A stretch of DNA of 63,484 nucleotides, filler included, from Rhabdomonas costata (lineage: Eukaryota), in the NCBI GenBank assembly GCA_019059605.1. It is 46 parts of 46 records of this genome, joined end to end, with 100 filler letters (N's around TTAATTAATTAA, not from the genome) between each part and the next. Parts side by side here need not be neighbours in the genome. Positions count along the whole stretch, not along the records: positions 12,443 to 13,725 come from JAHMHO010020740.1; positions 13,826 to 15,108 come from JAHMHO010020741.1; positions 15,209 to 16,491 come from JAHMHO010020742.1; positions 16,592 to 17,874 come from JAHMHO010020743.1; positions 17,975 to 19,256 come from JAHMHO010020744.1; positions 19,357 to 20,641 come from JAHMHO010020745.1; positions 20,742 to 22,024 come from JAHMHO010020746.1; positions 22,125 to 23,407 come from JAHMHO010020747.1; 38 more parts are not named here. One strand, written 5' to 3'. This document shows positions 12,730 to 25,288 of this stretch, piece by piece (the stretch's first letter is position 1; every line of letters starts with the position of its first letter). A model generated the notes under the pieces. The model did not search any database and was not told the origin of the DNA. It saw nothing but the letters and a program-made list of their open reading frames with translations. The position numbers and the translations under genes are program-made.

Positions 12730-13454
12730 GCCTGTGCTGGGCTGCCGCTACATCTCCAAGCTCAACCTGGTGCTTACATACAGCACCGACGAGGTCAAGC
12801 TGTGGAAAGTCACCTCAGGTATTCATCAAATCGCTGCATTCTTTTTTGCTACAATGTGCTTTGCCCCTAACCCAAAGCTCACTGGTGAGGGAATTTAATC
12901 AACATACATGGTTTGTGGGAATTGTTTAGACCACTGTCGCTATGCAGCGTATGGTGCACATATGTTAGCGCCCAGATAGCTTGGACACGCACGCACACAG
13001 TTTCAGTTCTTTCTGCGAAGGAACACACACACAGGGCGGCGGCGGCGGAGAGTCACAGTTGTTCGATGTCATTTACCCCTCTAATGTCACATAACCCTGG
13101 CATGCACCCCCCTCCCCCCCTACACACACTCTCACCTTGTAACATCCGTCCCTAAGAGTGGCCGGAAAGCCACGTGCATAGCATGCATAGGCAGACACAG
13201 CTACCAGTGGCTGCCAGTGGGGGCACAACAAATCGTAGCCAAACAACCCCCAGGCAGCTTCCCTTGGGGTGTGGTGACCCCTCACAGTTTAGCATTATCT
13301 TGCCGGTGGGCTCACAGGGGCTGTGCTGGCCTGCTTTTCTTTGGTGGCGCTGGGGCTGCGGGGCAGCCTCTCGGCGTGCGACGTGGACGAGCGGGAGCTG
13401 CAGCTCGCCGTGGGCTCCAACTCCGGCACCGTCTCCGCCATCAGCATTCCCTCG
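12730..13454 (+). CDS. WD40-repeat protein, partial (2 exons)
   Basis: Exons 12730-12818 and 13318-13454 join: PVLGCRYISKLNLVLTYSTDEVKLWKVTSGAVLACFS...LSACDVDERELQLAVGSNSGTVSAISIPS. Confidence 0.7.
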
Positions 13455-15283
13455 GTGACTGTCCTCGCACGTCCTGAGCAGCTACACGCTCAAACTTTGT
13501 ACCGTCACATTGCTGTCTAAAATGGTCCTTATCCAGGTTGCATCCGGTGGGAGGACCTTCAGATAAGTACAGTTCAGGAAAGTAAGAGTCGTTCTCTTAC
13601 TGGAGGGTGCCCCAAGTCATACTCTGCGATCCTTGCTTTTTCGAGTAAGGTCGTTTAGATGCCTTTTTCACTTTTGTTTGAGAACTTGTCAAGAGGAAAA
13701 GTGAAAAAGGCATCTAAACCACCACNNNNNNNNNNNNNNNNNNNNNNNNNNNNNNNNNNNNNNNNNNNNTTAATTAATTAANNNNNNNNNNNNNNNNNNN
13801 NNNNNNNNNNNNNNNNNNNNNNNNNGGTGGTGGGGTGAACGTCTTTCCTGTGCTGTGCTGCTTTGGACAGCGTCCCTCGGTTGTTCTTTGATGCGTTGGT
13901 GGCAACAGCCGAGGATAAAGGAGCTTGCAGGGTGCGAACGAGCGAATCTCACCCTCCGAAGTCGAGGCTTTTGAAAACCTTGGGGTGTGTCACCAAAGCC
14001 AGAGCTCTGCTGCCTCGAGCTATTTTAAAATGCAATTCAATGTCCCTTGAAGCCTGTGATACGGCTTTTCCCCGAACCGGAATAAAAGGAGCAATACAAA
14101 GGAGCAGGAACGGTGCCCGCCCTGCCGTTTCCAAAAAAAAAACCTGAGGAGGACTGAGAAAGGCGAGGGGTGAGATTGGCCACCGCTTCCCCGCCCACTA
14201 AATCCATTCTTTTATTTATGATGCCTCTATCGCGCGGCGGCGTTGCGCAAACCCTCCGTGCGGGGTGCGCCGAAGAGGGCTGGGCGATAAACAAAATGCT
14301 GTCTTCACTCCAATGGCCTAGGCGCTGGCGCCGGCCACGGCCCCTGGCCGCGGGCAGGCAATAGGGCAGGCAGTCTGTACGATTTTTCCAATGCACGCGC
14401 CTGTACCTTACATTGCGCCTTGCCCCAAACGAAAAAAGAAACTCCTTCACCTCGACGATTTCCACAAAATAAAAAGACAAGCTTGAACGGCATTTCGGGC
14501 CATTCCCCCTCAAACGTTACCGCCCTTTTTTCTCCGCACTAGCCAATTATCTGACCCCTTTTTGGAAACTCGACGGAGTAACCGCCACTCTGAGATCCCT
14601 GCAGATTTTGCTCGGGGATTCCCCTACCCCCGGGCACGTCTTCTCCCTTATTCCAAAGAACAATGGAGAAGAGGTTCTGAGTAAACGTCACCAACGCCAA
14701 TTCTACCTCCTGCTGGCTTCACCGCAGGCAGCGCACGTGAATTCAGACCCTGAAGTGGGCTGGTCTCATTTTCTTTGGCCTGCCTCACGGCTCAGGAATG
14801 GACAGCTTCGGGGCCCGTGCCAGCGATTGTTGCTCCTTCTGCTTCTCAAAGGAAGCAACGATCATACATTGGGCGGTGTTCGCTTCGGCTTTGACCGAAA
14901 ACCTTGTCTGGCGTTTTATCACCGCAGTTCCCTATTTTTTGAGTCTGCTTATCTTGCTCCCCATGACCAGCCCTGGTTAACACCTCCGGCGTTCTCGCGG
15001 TCTCTCTCTCTGCCACAAAACCCTGTCCTTCTTCGTGGTCTTTCGCAGCTCTTGCCGCTTCACTTAATTCCGTCCGGAAGGCCATCTGACGAGCTTTCCC
15101 CCCCCCACNNNNNNNNNNNNNNNNNNNNNNNNNNNNNNNNNNNNNNNNNNNNTTAATTAATTAANNNNNNNNNNNNNNNNNNNNNNNNNNNNNNNNNNNN
15201 NNNNNNNNTGTTTTGGAGATCGATTTGGAGCATGGTATTTCTAAACAGCCCCAAATAGCACGCGAGTGCGCAAGAGCGCACAC

Positions 15284-15369
15284 ATTTTGAAGTCCGCTGA
15301 GGTCAAGGTATGCGCCGTGGCGAAGAGCAGGCACAGCACCACAGCGGATGCCACGCGGGAGCCCGCCAT
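15284..15369 (-). CDS. First exon of a secreted protein (signal peptide)
   Basis: ATG at 15369 follows a pyrimidine tract and AG (possible trans-splice acceptor). MAGSRVASAVVLCLLFATAHTLTSADFK is followed by a GTGTGC donor. Confidence 0.55.
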
Positions 15370-16149
15370 TTCAGCTCCCAGCACGTGAGAAGAACAAAGA
15401 AACCCCCCGAAAAAGGTGAAACAATAAAAGACGTATGGTGCAGCTGAAGCACGCCCACAACCCTGAATGATACCATCCCCACAGTATGCGACGAGCAAGC
15501 GAAAGTCTGGAATAACTTCCCGCCAGAGCAGTAAGGTGCATAAATTTGTGTGATCAGGACCAGTGCGTGTGTGTGTGGCCTCTACGCACGAGCACGAGCA
15601 GTTCAAAGCAGAGCATAGCCACAGTATGACCACCAGAACTGGCCAGAGCAAGGCCAACACAAAAACTTGGTCTCATTTGGTGTAGGCCAACTATCATGCA
15701 TTCTGTCCCATTACCATAGCACCACGGCAGCTCCAAAATGCGACCACCGCGTTAGCGGCAGCACACAGCCAGAAAATCCCACCGTAAACCCTCCAAGATG
15801 CACCAGCACCTGCTTGCGAAACAATTCCTTACTGGAAGAATCTCGTAAGCAGTCCAAGGGAATCGTCAACAGCTAACCAGAAAGAGTTCATTTGGTCTGG
15901 TGATCTGGGAGGGCTCCGATCTCTGCGCCACTGTGACTTCGGTCCAGGACACAGAGCAGCAGCCAACAGGTAACAAGCCACGAGGCCCCGTGTACCCTCC
16001 GGAGGGAGCCCAAAAAGGGGCAGCCCGATGAATGTTATCAAGCCGGCTTCTTTGACAGCATCGCTCGGGAATCTTCGGAATCTTGTGAGACCTCACACCC
16101 CAAATCAACTCAGAGTGAGCGGCATGAGCAGTATAACGGAAGTACAATG

Positions 16150-16354
16150 TCATGTCAGGCTGCGGGTGTGGAACAGCTGCCGCAAGTCTGCATACAGCGC
16201 AAAGATGCGGGCTAGCACAGCCGTGGGCTCAGGCACCAGGACAACGCGACGCAGCTCGAAGCATGATCCCACAAGGTCTCTGCCAGAACCAGCACCGCCT
16301 AGCTGGAGCACTCCTAAGTGCACAAGCTTCATGAACTCCGCTTGGGCGTGCTCC
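16150..16354 (-). CDS. Terminal exon, possibly a winged-helix C-terminus (ORC4-like)
   Basis: Polypyrimidine-CAG acceptor, then EHAQAEFMKLVHLGVLQ...FELRRVVLVPEPTAVLARIFALYADLRQLFHTRSLT*. Confidence 0.45.
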
Positions 16355-16591
16355 CTGGAGCGAAAAAAAAACAGAAAACAAGGCAGCAATTGACACAGCT
16401 TGATGACCGATCGTTTTTGTGATCAGTCTAAATGGGCGATAAGCTTGTCGCTACAATACTTTCCCCACCTTCTTCACGGCCCACAAAACCCNNNNNNNNN
16501 NNNNNNNNNNNNNNNNNNNNNNNNNNNNNNNNNNNTTAATTAATTAANNNNNNNNNNNNNNNNNNNNNNNNNNNNNNNNNNNNNNNNNNNN

Positions 16592-17874
16592 GTTGTGGTT
16601 GATAAACATCTCTGGGAGGTAATAAAACTCCGGGATTAACTCTTTTACGTCGCTGGCATTCCGCATACATCCGGTCCACGTCTGGGCCACACTATCAAAC
16701 ATTCGGTCTGCGTGGTCAAACTTCCCGCCGTTCAGGATGATGGCTTGGCTGGTGAAAGGCTCTACACGGACAAGATAGTACAGAACAAAGCCCGCGTTGG
16801 AGTAGTGAGAGCCATAGTGAAACGGCTCCATGCCCATTTGCCCCATGGTGGCGTACCGCTCGAGCACCTCGGTGGCACGCGACGGGTCCCCAAGCACACC
16901 CACGGGCTGGCTCAGGTCCCGGTAGACCTTCTCATCCTCCAAGTCAATAGAGGGGCTCTCGTAATCCTTTAGTACCCAGGGGAACACAGGATACTGGGTA
17001 AGGTCGTTATAGGTTCGCCCAGAGAAGGTGTTCAGATGCATGATGTACTCAAAGTTACTAATCTCGCGGTGCTGCCAACGCTCTGTCAGCCGAGTTTTCT
17101 TGAAGTCTAATTCCAGTTTTAGGCTATATCGGACCTTAATCTTCAGTCGTGCACTCCCCAGCAATGCCTTCAGAGCTTTTTGACATGCCGCAGGAGTGAT
17201 GAAGTTCAAGAAGATACTCTCATATGACGTGAAATGGAGCTCCAGGGCGCAGCGCTGCAGCCGATAACGGAAGGGATAGATTTGGGTGATGTGCTCAATC
17301 GGCCACTTGCCATCCTCTGGCTTGGGCATAAGCCCCTGAAGGTCTGCACTTCCACAGTCGTGCACAACTGCGTGGTTCTCCTCATCGAGAAAGCAATACA
17401 AACACTCTGCGCTGAGGTCGAGCCGCCCGGAGTAGGCCTGAATTGGGGTCACCCGTTCAAACACGATGCTGAAATGTACCGCTTCGCTTGGCGTGCCCTC
17501 TGGTATACAGCTGGAAATCTCACTGTGGGTATCATCTGCAGACAGTGAGGTTGGCTCGGGTTCCTCCACAGCCTCATGGCTATCGTGCGAACTTCTCGGT
17601 TGTTTGCCCTTTACTCCACCTGCTTCGGGATCCTCCTCCTCCTCCTCTTCGTCCTCATCGTCGTCGGATTCCGTTTTTTGAGCGGTCTTTCGACGAAGCA
17701 CCACAAAACTACCATGAACCTTCAGCGCATCGGGAACCCCAGCTTTGGCCCGGTTGCGGTGCTCGGTTATAGACTTGTGGTCCGTTCCCTTGGGATCAAC
17801 AAGAAAACGAGTCCGCATTCGATCGCGCTGCTCGCGCATGTCTAGGCGAACGAAAATTGGACCGAGCACCCACC
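16592..17874 (-). CDS. PH-BEACH domain protein (neurobeachin/LYST family), partial
   Basis: Open across the whole contig. It carries RYRLQRCALELHF (PH), WQHREISNFEYIMHLNTFSGRTYNDLTQYPVFPWVL, FHYGSHYSN, GGKFDHADRMF and SDVKELIPEFYY. Confidence 0.98.
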
Positions 17875-18654
17875 NNNNNNNNNNNNNNNNNNNNNNNNNN
17901 NNNNNNNNNNNNNNNNNNTTAATTAATTAANNNNNNNNNNNNNNNNNNNNNNNNNNNNNNNNNNNNNNNNNNNNTGTGGGTGGTATCACAGGGTGTTTGA
18001 GACCACTGGACATTACGATGGGCCTGCACATGGCGATCCTTTCTGAACATTGTGAATATAAGATTAGTTCCACCCAGAAACGGAGATGACTTTGTGGTAT
18101 TCCGATCTGAAGCCTATACTGGTCTCGGATGGGTGTCTTTGAGAAGAGGAGCATAACTCCCAGATGCTGGCGTGCCTGGGCACACAACTACGTGCCAAAA
18201 TATCAGGGCTGCCATTTACCCCCAACCTCACATCCTTCCCTGAGGAGACAAAAAGTCTCAGTTTACGGTAAAGACTACTGTGTTTCTTTGGATCTTTTTG
18301 TTAGTTTTTCTTCGCTGTGCCAAGTTGAGTCAAAGGTAAGACTCAGATAGTGCAGGGAGATGGACTTTGAACACATGGAGGCGGCTCTTTCTTGACTTGT
18401 ACATCTCCCAACTGGACATCTTGTCCATTGGTTATTTTGTTTACAGAAGTCCCAAACGGGTCATGCCTTCCAAGTGGGCATCAAAAGTAGGTACACACAA
18501 GCGAGGGTGCGCACCAAGAGAGCTCGCGAGCTCTCATACTGACGTACCTGACACCTGAATGTTCTACAGCCATCAAACCCCGATGAACGCAACGACAAAT
18601 TAATCAATTACATCGGCAAAATACACCGCAGCCCACGCACACACAGGTAGACAC

Positions 18655-18822
18655 CATGGCCATCCTCCGCATGGTGCAGCGGTAGGGCGAGCTGCTTACC
18701 ACTGCAAGGCGCCCAGCAAGCGGAGAGAGCCACGACCCGGCACCCTCGCCCTCCCCGCCGCCCTCCTCCTCTTCTTCCGCGGAAGAAGGCGGGATCACAA
18801 GCTCAACAAGAACGTCTCTCTC
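18655..18822 (-). CDS. Hypothetical protein exon
   Basis: CAG/GT-bounded GC-rich exon ERDVLVELVIPPSSAEEEEEGGGEGEG...RRMAM; family unclear. Confidence 0.35.
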
Positions 18823-19356
18823 CTGCCGGGGACAGTGTGTGGGGTGAGAAGATCGAGGGCCGTGCCACGGGATATTCCAAAGGGGTGGCTTGGTGTGGCA
18901 CGAACAATTGACTTGTGAGATAGAAACCCGGGAGAGATGGTGTGGAAGGGGGCACGAAGAGAATGGATGCACTGGTAAGCGATAGTGCAAGTGCAACGGC
19001 AGCCAGTCTGTGCACCGGGTTGAAAGAAAGTCTCAGTTGTGGGAAGTCTCGAAGCGCACCAGAAGAGAAAGAACACCGATAACAAAGATACCCGGATTTT
19101 TGCACCGCTCAGCCCCCTCCCCTTCTCCCGGCCTCATACACACAAACACATGCGGACTCGGGCGCACAATGCACATCCCCAGAGTTTTCTGGTGGCAGCG
19201 CAATCCATCGCAAAGCAACGCCTTCCCTCACCCCCCCCACCAAACACACCCACCACNNNNNNNNNNNNNNNNNNNNNNNNNNNNNNNNNNNNNNNNNNNN
19301 TTAATTAATTAANNNNNNNNNNNNNNNNNNNNNNNNNNNNNNNNNNNNNNNNNNNN

Positions 19357-20556
19357 CTGGTGCACATCATGGGGGACTTCTTCCAGGCCATGTGCGCAGA
19401 AGTTGCAGCGACTGGAGGAGTCCTGGACAAGGTGGGTTGTTGCTGTGGAGGGCGTCTGTTTTTTTTTTGCGGTGTGTGAAGATATGGAGCCTCCGATTCT
19501 GCCTTTTACGTGTCCTCAATGTTAGTCTTCATTTCTTACGGAAACTTTCGCGCTTTCGCGCTATCTGCAGTTGCATCCAGTGAACCACCAGAATTTATTG
19601 GACTCGCCCAGAAAGTTTCAAGTGTACGGTTTAATTTTCGCTAATGGCGCGGGGGGCTGCGACTTCCTGAGAAGATCTGTGACTTTTTGCTCCAGATCGT
19701 GGTGATATGTTTTCCTCTCCAGGGTGCAATGCGGCTGTGAATGGGAGGGATGTGTTTGGGTTCGGTAGTTCATAGGGGATTGTGTGATGGCGCTGTGGAA
19801 TGCCCCGGCTCGGCGGCCTGGCCACGAAGCGGCAGCTTGCCGCGCAGCTCTGCAGATGCAGGCCGCCATGGCAGAGCTGAACGAGAAGTGGACCTCCTCC
19901 GGTGTAGCTGACCTCGGGTATGGGTGCAGGGCACGTGGGCACATGGCAAACCATGGCAGGTTTTCACTCCGATTAAGTAATTTTGGAAGCAAGGAGTTGT
20001 TTGCACTTGACAGTTTCTCTGGGCAGCGGTTAGGGTGAATTCGGGTTGCAGTGCGCGCAAAAGGCCGGCGCGAAGCGTATAATGCGCACAAGCGAGATTA
20101 GAAATGGCATTCCCTCCGTTACGCATTACAATGCACCGTAGACTCCTCCATCTCAAGTTAAGGAATGTGAATGAGACCTCTGCGCCAAAAAAAACAGAGC
20201 TTCGTGGTTTTGGTAACTTGACCGATAGTTACCGATGTTAGTATCTGGATAACTTACCTTCTATTGGTGTCTGTTTAGCTTGTTGTGATTCCTTTGCTGC
20301 TGATTCTGAATAAGTAATGAAGGTGCACTCGGTACAATATGCCGCAAAAGACCTCTCTCTTGGGGAACCTGGTACTCTCTTCGGGTAGCTCGGTAGCAGG
20401 AAGGTAGCAGGTATCGGTCTTTTTGTTGGGTGTCTGGCACTGCAGGGTGCTTATTTTCTGCTGCTGCACGCGAGGGCACAGCTGGTTCCCTTCTCACCAT
20501 CTCCCAGGTTTCGGACGGGGGTCAACACCGCGCGGGTTTTGTTGGGCAACTACGGA
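19357..20556 (+). CDS. Class III adenylyl cyclase catalytic domain, paralogue of 1400-2439 (3 exons, truncated by an inversion)
   Basis: Exons 19357-19431, 19769-19917 and 20508-20556: LVHIMGDFFQAMCAEVAATGGVLDK|FIGDCVMALWNAPARRPGHEAAACRAAL...DLG|FRTGVNTARVLLGNYG. The ATP-specifying Lys before FIGD is present. Confidence 0.95.
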
Positions 20557-20749
20557 ATCATAACAAGCTAAACAGACACCAATAGAAGGTAAGTTATCCA
20601 GATACTAACATCGGTAACTATCGGTCAAGTTACCAAACCCCNNNNNNNNNNNNNNNNNNNNNNNNNNNNNNNNNNNNNNNNNNNNTTAATTAATTAANNN
20701 NNNNNNNNNNNNNNNNNNNNNNNNNNNNNNNNNNNNNNNNNGGGTGTGC

Positions 20750-20750
<1 letters not shown>

Positions 20751-20781
<31 letters not shown>

Positions 20782-20839
20782 TTTGTCCTTGTCTTGTGAT
20801 TTTCCGTGGCCTTTTTCCCGCGGAAAGGACTAGAACAAA

Positions 20840-20871
<32 letters not shown>

Positions 20872-20910
20872 GCACACCGCCCCAAGGCACCCTGTGTGTG
20901 TATGTGTGTG
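20751..20910. repeat. CA and GT dinucleotide tracts in inverted arrangement
   Basis: (CA)n at about 20749-20780 and (GT)n at about 20840-20872 and 20894-20910. Confidence 0.85.
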
Positions 20911-21099
20911 TTTGGGAGAGCGGAGAGAGGAGAGATTAAAATGGCATAATGGACAGAGTCGGGCAGTCAAGCCCGTTCACCTGGCAAGCAGGTCCAAGCC
21001 AGCTTGCAGGGGTGACGGCTGTATGTGGAACCCTTACTGCTACTCAGCAATAGGCCCCGGTCCGGTGACATGGAGTAGCTCCCCCGCCCGCAACGGGAT

Positions 21100-21205
21100 T
21101 AAGGGCCCAAGACTGTGCGGAGCGCGGAAGGTTGGGTACCCACAAATCTCAAAACGCGGCAGTCGGGGTGCCAAGATGCCGCGTACACTGTGGATCGGGA
21201 GGGTT
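21100..21205 (+). repeat. Dispersed structured non-coding element, copy 1
   Basis: GAGCGCGGAAGGTTGGGTACCCA (21120-21142) and CCGCGTACACTGTGGATCGGG (21179-21199) are identical to 48068-48090 and 48133-48153. Confidence 0.85.
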
Positions 21206-22231
21206 TGAGCCTCGATGGACCTATCTTTTCTGTGGTGGTGCGGTTTCTGTGGCTCTTTCGACTCACCAGAAACAAAGGGAAACAAAGGGAAGCGACTTCT
21301 GTAGAAACAAACCTGCACAGGACAACATTGTAGCAAAGCGTAACGTGCGGAAAAATTGATCCTTGCGAAGTGGATAAAGGGTATGCTTGGGAATATCCTT
21401 TTGTTAGTGTATGTTTTATTTCGACTGTTTGGACGCCCGCAACCATTGGGCTGCTCGCTGTTGCTGCTGCCCAAAACTGCGGCTGCTGTGAGGTGGAGGT
21501 CTCGTCGCTGGAGAGCCAAATTTATCTTTTTCTGCTTGCTTTCGCTGTGCCCTTCACCCGAAAGAATGCATGAATGACGGCCGACTTGGCAAAAGCAGGC
21601 GTCGTCATCCTTATCAATGCGTGAAAAGGTACACGCGAAACTCTCGGAAGAGCTCCTGTGCACCAGCCCCCGAAGCTGCAGGGAACGTTCGCCATACTAT
21701 ACTGCTCTCATTCGTGTCTTGTAATCTTAACTGCTCTGCTACTTGACTGCACTTTCCGTTCACCCCGGCCCCTTGCATCCCCTGTGAGTCAGGGCTCTAG
21801 CCCAGAACAGCGTGCAACAAAAACGTTCAATAACAACAGTTTGGCGCTGGACTGCGTATCCTCCACTTGAACCATGGGACCCCATAGCACCCCATAGCAG
21901 CAACGAGATTCCATTCATGATGATGAGTGGAGCAAATGCGAGTGGGTCGGGGAATGGGGACAGGTGTTGGACAACGAGGGTTAAGGTTTGGTTGCTTGCA
22001 TGCTCCACTGCTCCACCCACCCCCNNNNNNNNNNNNNNNNNNNNNNNNNNNNNNNNNNNNNNNNNNNNTTAATTAATTAANNNNNNNNNNNNNNNNNNNN
22101 NNNNNNNNNNNNNNNNNNNNNNNNTTGTGTGTTTCCGGCTTGCGGCTGTTTCCTTCAGCCCATTGCCCTTGACTCGTGCTGTCGACTAAGTTAGGTATTT
22201 CCAATGAGGCTATGGCATACGATTGCCACAG

Positions 22232-22438
22232 GAGCTTCTGGTTCTGCTGGAGAGCGCACGGTTCTGGCGCGAGCGGGTGAGCTCCACAAAGGGCCACGGC
22301 GTGCAAGAACTGCGGCAGGCCACGGCGGAACTCACCGGCATGCTCAGTAAAGTGGCACAGGAGCGCCGTCTGCCGCAATACCTGGCACGCAGGCAGACAC
22401 CGCAGCAGCAGCAGCAGCCGGAAGCCGCGCAAAAGTAG
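22232..22438 (+). CDS. Terminal exon of a hypothetical protein
   Basis: CAG acceptor, then GC3-rich ELLVLLESARFWRERVS...QQQQQPEAAQK*. Confidence 0.55.
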   Translation, partial: ELLVLLESARFWRERVSSTKGHGVQELRQATAELTGMLSKVAQERRLPQYLARRQTPQQQQQPEAAQK

Positions 22439-23673
22439 CCGCTATCTTGGGCTGAAGATATTGGAAACTCTTGGCAACCAGCCTGCCACTAATTTTTCGC
22501 TGCCGGGACTGACGGCGGTGCTTTTCGGGGAGGACTGTTTCCTGGTTCAAGTTGGCTGCGAATTTGACCAGATTTTCCCTTTCCCTTTCGGAGCTTCTGA
22601 CCAGAGGGTGGTTGCTGCTGCTTGCCTTTCCTGTGGCACATTTGGGGGCATTATTACTCTTGACCCCTTGACTGTCATCACTTAATGTTTTTTTAGAAAG
22701 AAATGCGGGGACTAGCGTTGTCGTTGATGTTGACAGTTGGGGAGGTCTCGGTCCGTCCCCCGTAAAATTATTGCTGAGAGTTCCAATGAGGACATAAGAA
22801 CGGTGGGGAACGGTGAGGGGCACTGGATGCTGCACTAAAAGATTCCCTTGTGGCTGCTTTATTCAACAGGTGACCGCAACAACGCTTTACAGTTTTGTGA
22901 TTGGTAGCCTTGCTCTTGCCATGTAAGCCTAGTTACACCCCGAAATCGAGAACTTAGTCCGTAACGTTTCGAACTGAAGTCTTTTTGGCGTGTTTTTATG
23001 CCGCTGGGCTTGGGTAGCATATGCTGTCTCTTGGTGAATACGCAAGGTTGCAAACTCTCGATTTACGGTGGAGCCTGCTATAGATTCCTAGACCTGCCGT
23101 GGTCGAATTTGTTTTTCCCGTTTTCCCGGGGCCCCGCCGACGGCCCACCACAAGCGGCCCCCGTGGCAAAGGGCGCCTCCAGACACCCTGGCACGAACCA
23201 GTGTCGAAACGTAACATACACGAAAACGACACCATATCAAACATATGGTGAATGGATACCAAAGGAAGACATGGTGAAAGTGTAAGCATGAGGAGCGCTG
23301 TCTTTTACCAAGGGGTTGGTCTGAGACAATCGCACAAATGTGTCATCGAACAGGAATTGAGAGGCAGGTTTCCTTTTCTTAGACGTATTTCACCCCCCCA
23401 ACAAACCNNNNNNNNNNNNNNNNNNNNNNNNNNNNNNNNNNNNNNNNNNNNTTAATTAATTAANNNNNNNNNNNNNNNNNNNNNNNNNNNNNNNNNNNNN
23501 NNNNNNNTGTGTGTGGGACACCCTGCAGGCGACGATGAACCGCCTGCACTCCAACCTTGAAATTGCGCACACTTACACTACCAAAGTCAGGGTACTTGCT
23601 TCCTCCGGATGCAGCGCTGAACACATTGTTGGCGAAGCGAAAGGATTTCCCAATTTTTCTTGATTTTCTGCAG

Positions 23674-24718
23674 CATGGCGAGCTCAAAGAGGACAAGACC
23701 ATCGGACGGTCTCTTTACTCCGTCATTTCACAGGTGCGGGGCCGACTTTAGATGCAGTGAGGGGCGTGGTTATTGGGTGGTCCACGCTTTTCGTCGGAAA
23801 AATTACTGGCGAAGGTCGAATTTGAAATGCCCAATCCTGACGTCTCAACGTCTCAAGGCTACGGTTAAGAGGTTAAGTGTGAAACCAACACCAACGCCTC
23901 AGCGTCTTCGTTCAGCGCTCATCGGTCAAGAACTTTTTGTTTCTCCGTCACCAGAACTATACACTTCCCCTTCCAAAGAGTGCCGTCTCTACCCGTGCCC
24001 CTACCACACCTTTCGGGCCAGTTTTGGTTGCGCTGTCTTAGGGCAATTTAAAAAAAAAAAAGAATTTGAAACCCTTCTGGGCATTAGAAACATTCAGAGC
24101 AGTCTTTGGACAATTGAATTATTGTCAGAATTCACCGTTTCCACTGCCTGTTTTGTGGCTGTGGCTGACTAGCGGAGTGTGGGTTCACTATGAATGTTTT
24201 TAACAGCTTGTGAGCAATTCATGGAATTTTTTGCTTTTCTTGCGAAGGGGGGGGGGTGCTGATCGGGTTAAACAGTGAGGTACCAGACCAGGAATTTTGG
24301 CTTTCAGTGACTTTTCTTTGTGTTTCTGATCTGAGGACGGACTTTCACTGTACAGGGGACCGCGATGTGCTGGGATGAGATGTTGGTACTTCCCTGAGCT
24401 CATTCGTTTTTTCTACACAGATTCCGATGTCATCGTCGTCCTCATTCGACAAGGTCTTCAACGACTCACTGCAGGTGGCATTCTTCCCACCGAAGTCATT
24501 TAAGCGAGTAATTATTTCACAAATGAATCGAAATTCTGCTCTAGCATCGACTGCCACCAAAGACTCTCTTTTTGTTGCAGGACATGCTCATGGTTGTCTA
24601 CCTGTCCAAGTTGAGCAAGTGCCAGCTTCTGCTCAACGAGGCCCTCCAGAACACGTTCTCTACACCCTCCACAAACACCTTCATGATGCAGCAGCAGCAA
24701 CTGCAGCAGATGCAGTGA
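23674..24718 (+). CDS. eIF3f: Translation initiation factor eIF3 subunit F, C-terminal part (3 exons)
   Basis: Exons 23674-23733, 24421-24474 and 24581-24718 (all phase 0): HGELKEDKTIGRSLYSVISQ|IPMSSSSSFDKVFNDSLQ|DMLMVVYLSKLSKCQLLLNEALQN...QQQQLQQMQ*. This matches the eIF3f pattern D..VGR.L...V..VP...F..M.N....DLLMV.YLA.L...Q..LNE.L. Confidence 0.85.
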
Positions 24719-25288
24719 AGAGCTTGGAGGGGACTTCTGTGGACGGGAGGCTCTTTGTGTGACTTTTAGGGATGAACGCGCACAAACAACNNNNNNNNNN
24801 NNNNNNNNNNNNNNNNNNNNNNNNNNNNNNNNNNTTAATTAATTAANNNNNNNNNNNNNNNNNNNNNNNNNNNNNNNNNNNNNNNNNNNNCTCTACAGAC
24901 TCTACAGCAATCCAAACAACCAACAGTTGGGTCCTCATCAAGCGTATGGAGCACAGACACAACTCGATTAACCCCTTGCATCAAAAATCCCGAGAGTGCT
25001 GGTACATTTCATTCACATTCTTATTCTACCCTTCTTTTTGGGTACCACACCGTAATTGGAGTGGAAGTAGTGGAAGGTTTAGCGTTCACCTAAACTTCTG
25101 AAACCAAAACTTGTTTGGGATTCCCACATATTTCTTTATGAACAGTGCGGCTAGGGAGGGAGAATGCATAAAAGCAATCACATTCCCCACCCCGGCCACA
25201 CCAACATCTGTGCCACAACTAGCAAATGCCAAGTAGGGGCAGAGCATTCCCATTAAAACTCGGATTATCGGGGACCTACGAAACGCAC

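Noticed and set aside
13653..13719. 23-bp inverted repeat (terminator-like)
   Set aside because: It lies at the contig end in a eukaryotic context; same artefact class.
14608..14980. Possible LINE C-terminal zinc-finger remnants (also 61149-61433) and an APE-like word near 46640-46710
   Set aside because: The similarity is too weak and fragmentary to call without a profile search.
20209..20637. 84-bp inverted repeat that truncates the cyclase exon
   Set aside because: The second arm runs to the contig end and joins through GGAATCA microhomology in mid-exon, typical of an amplification fold-back chimera.
23557..23751. BTB/POZ-like ORF (FPIFLDFLQHGEL)
   Set aside because: The upstream part is the intron pyrimidine tract; the exon splices cleanly into eIF3f.
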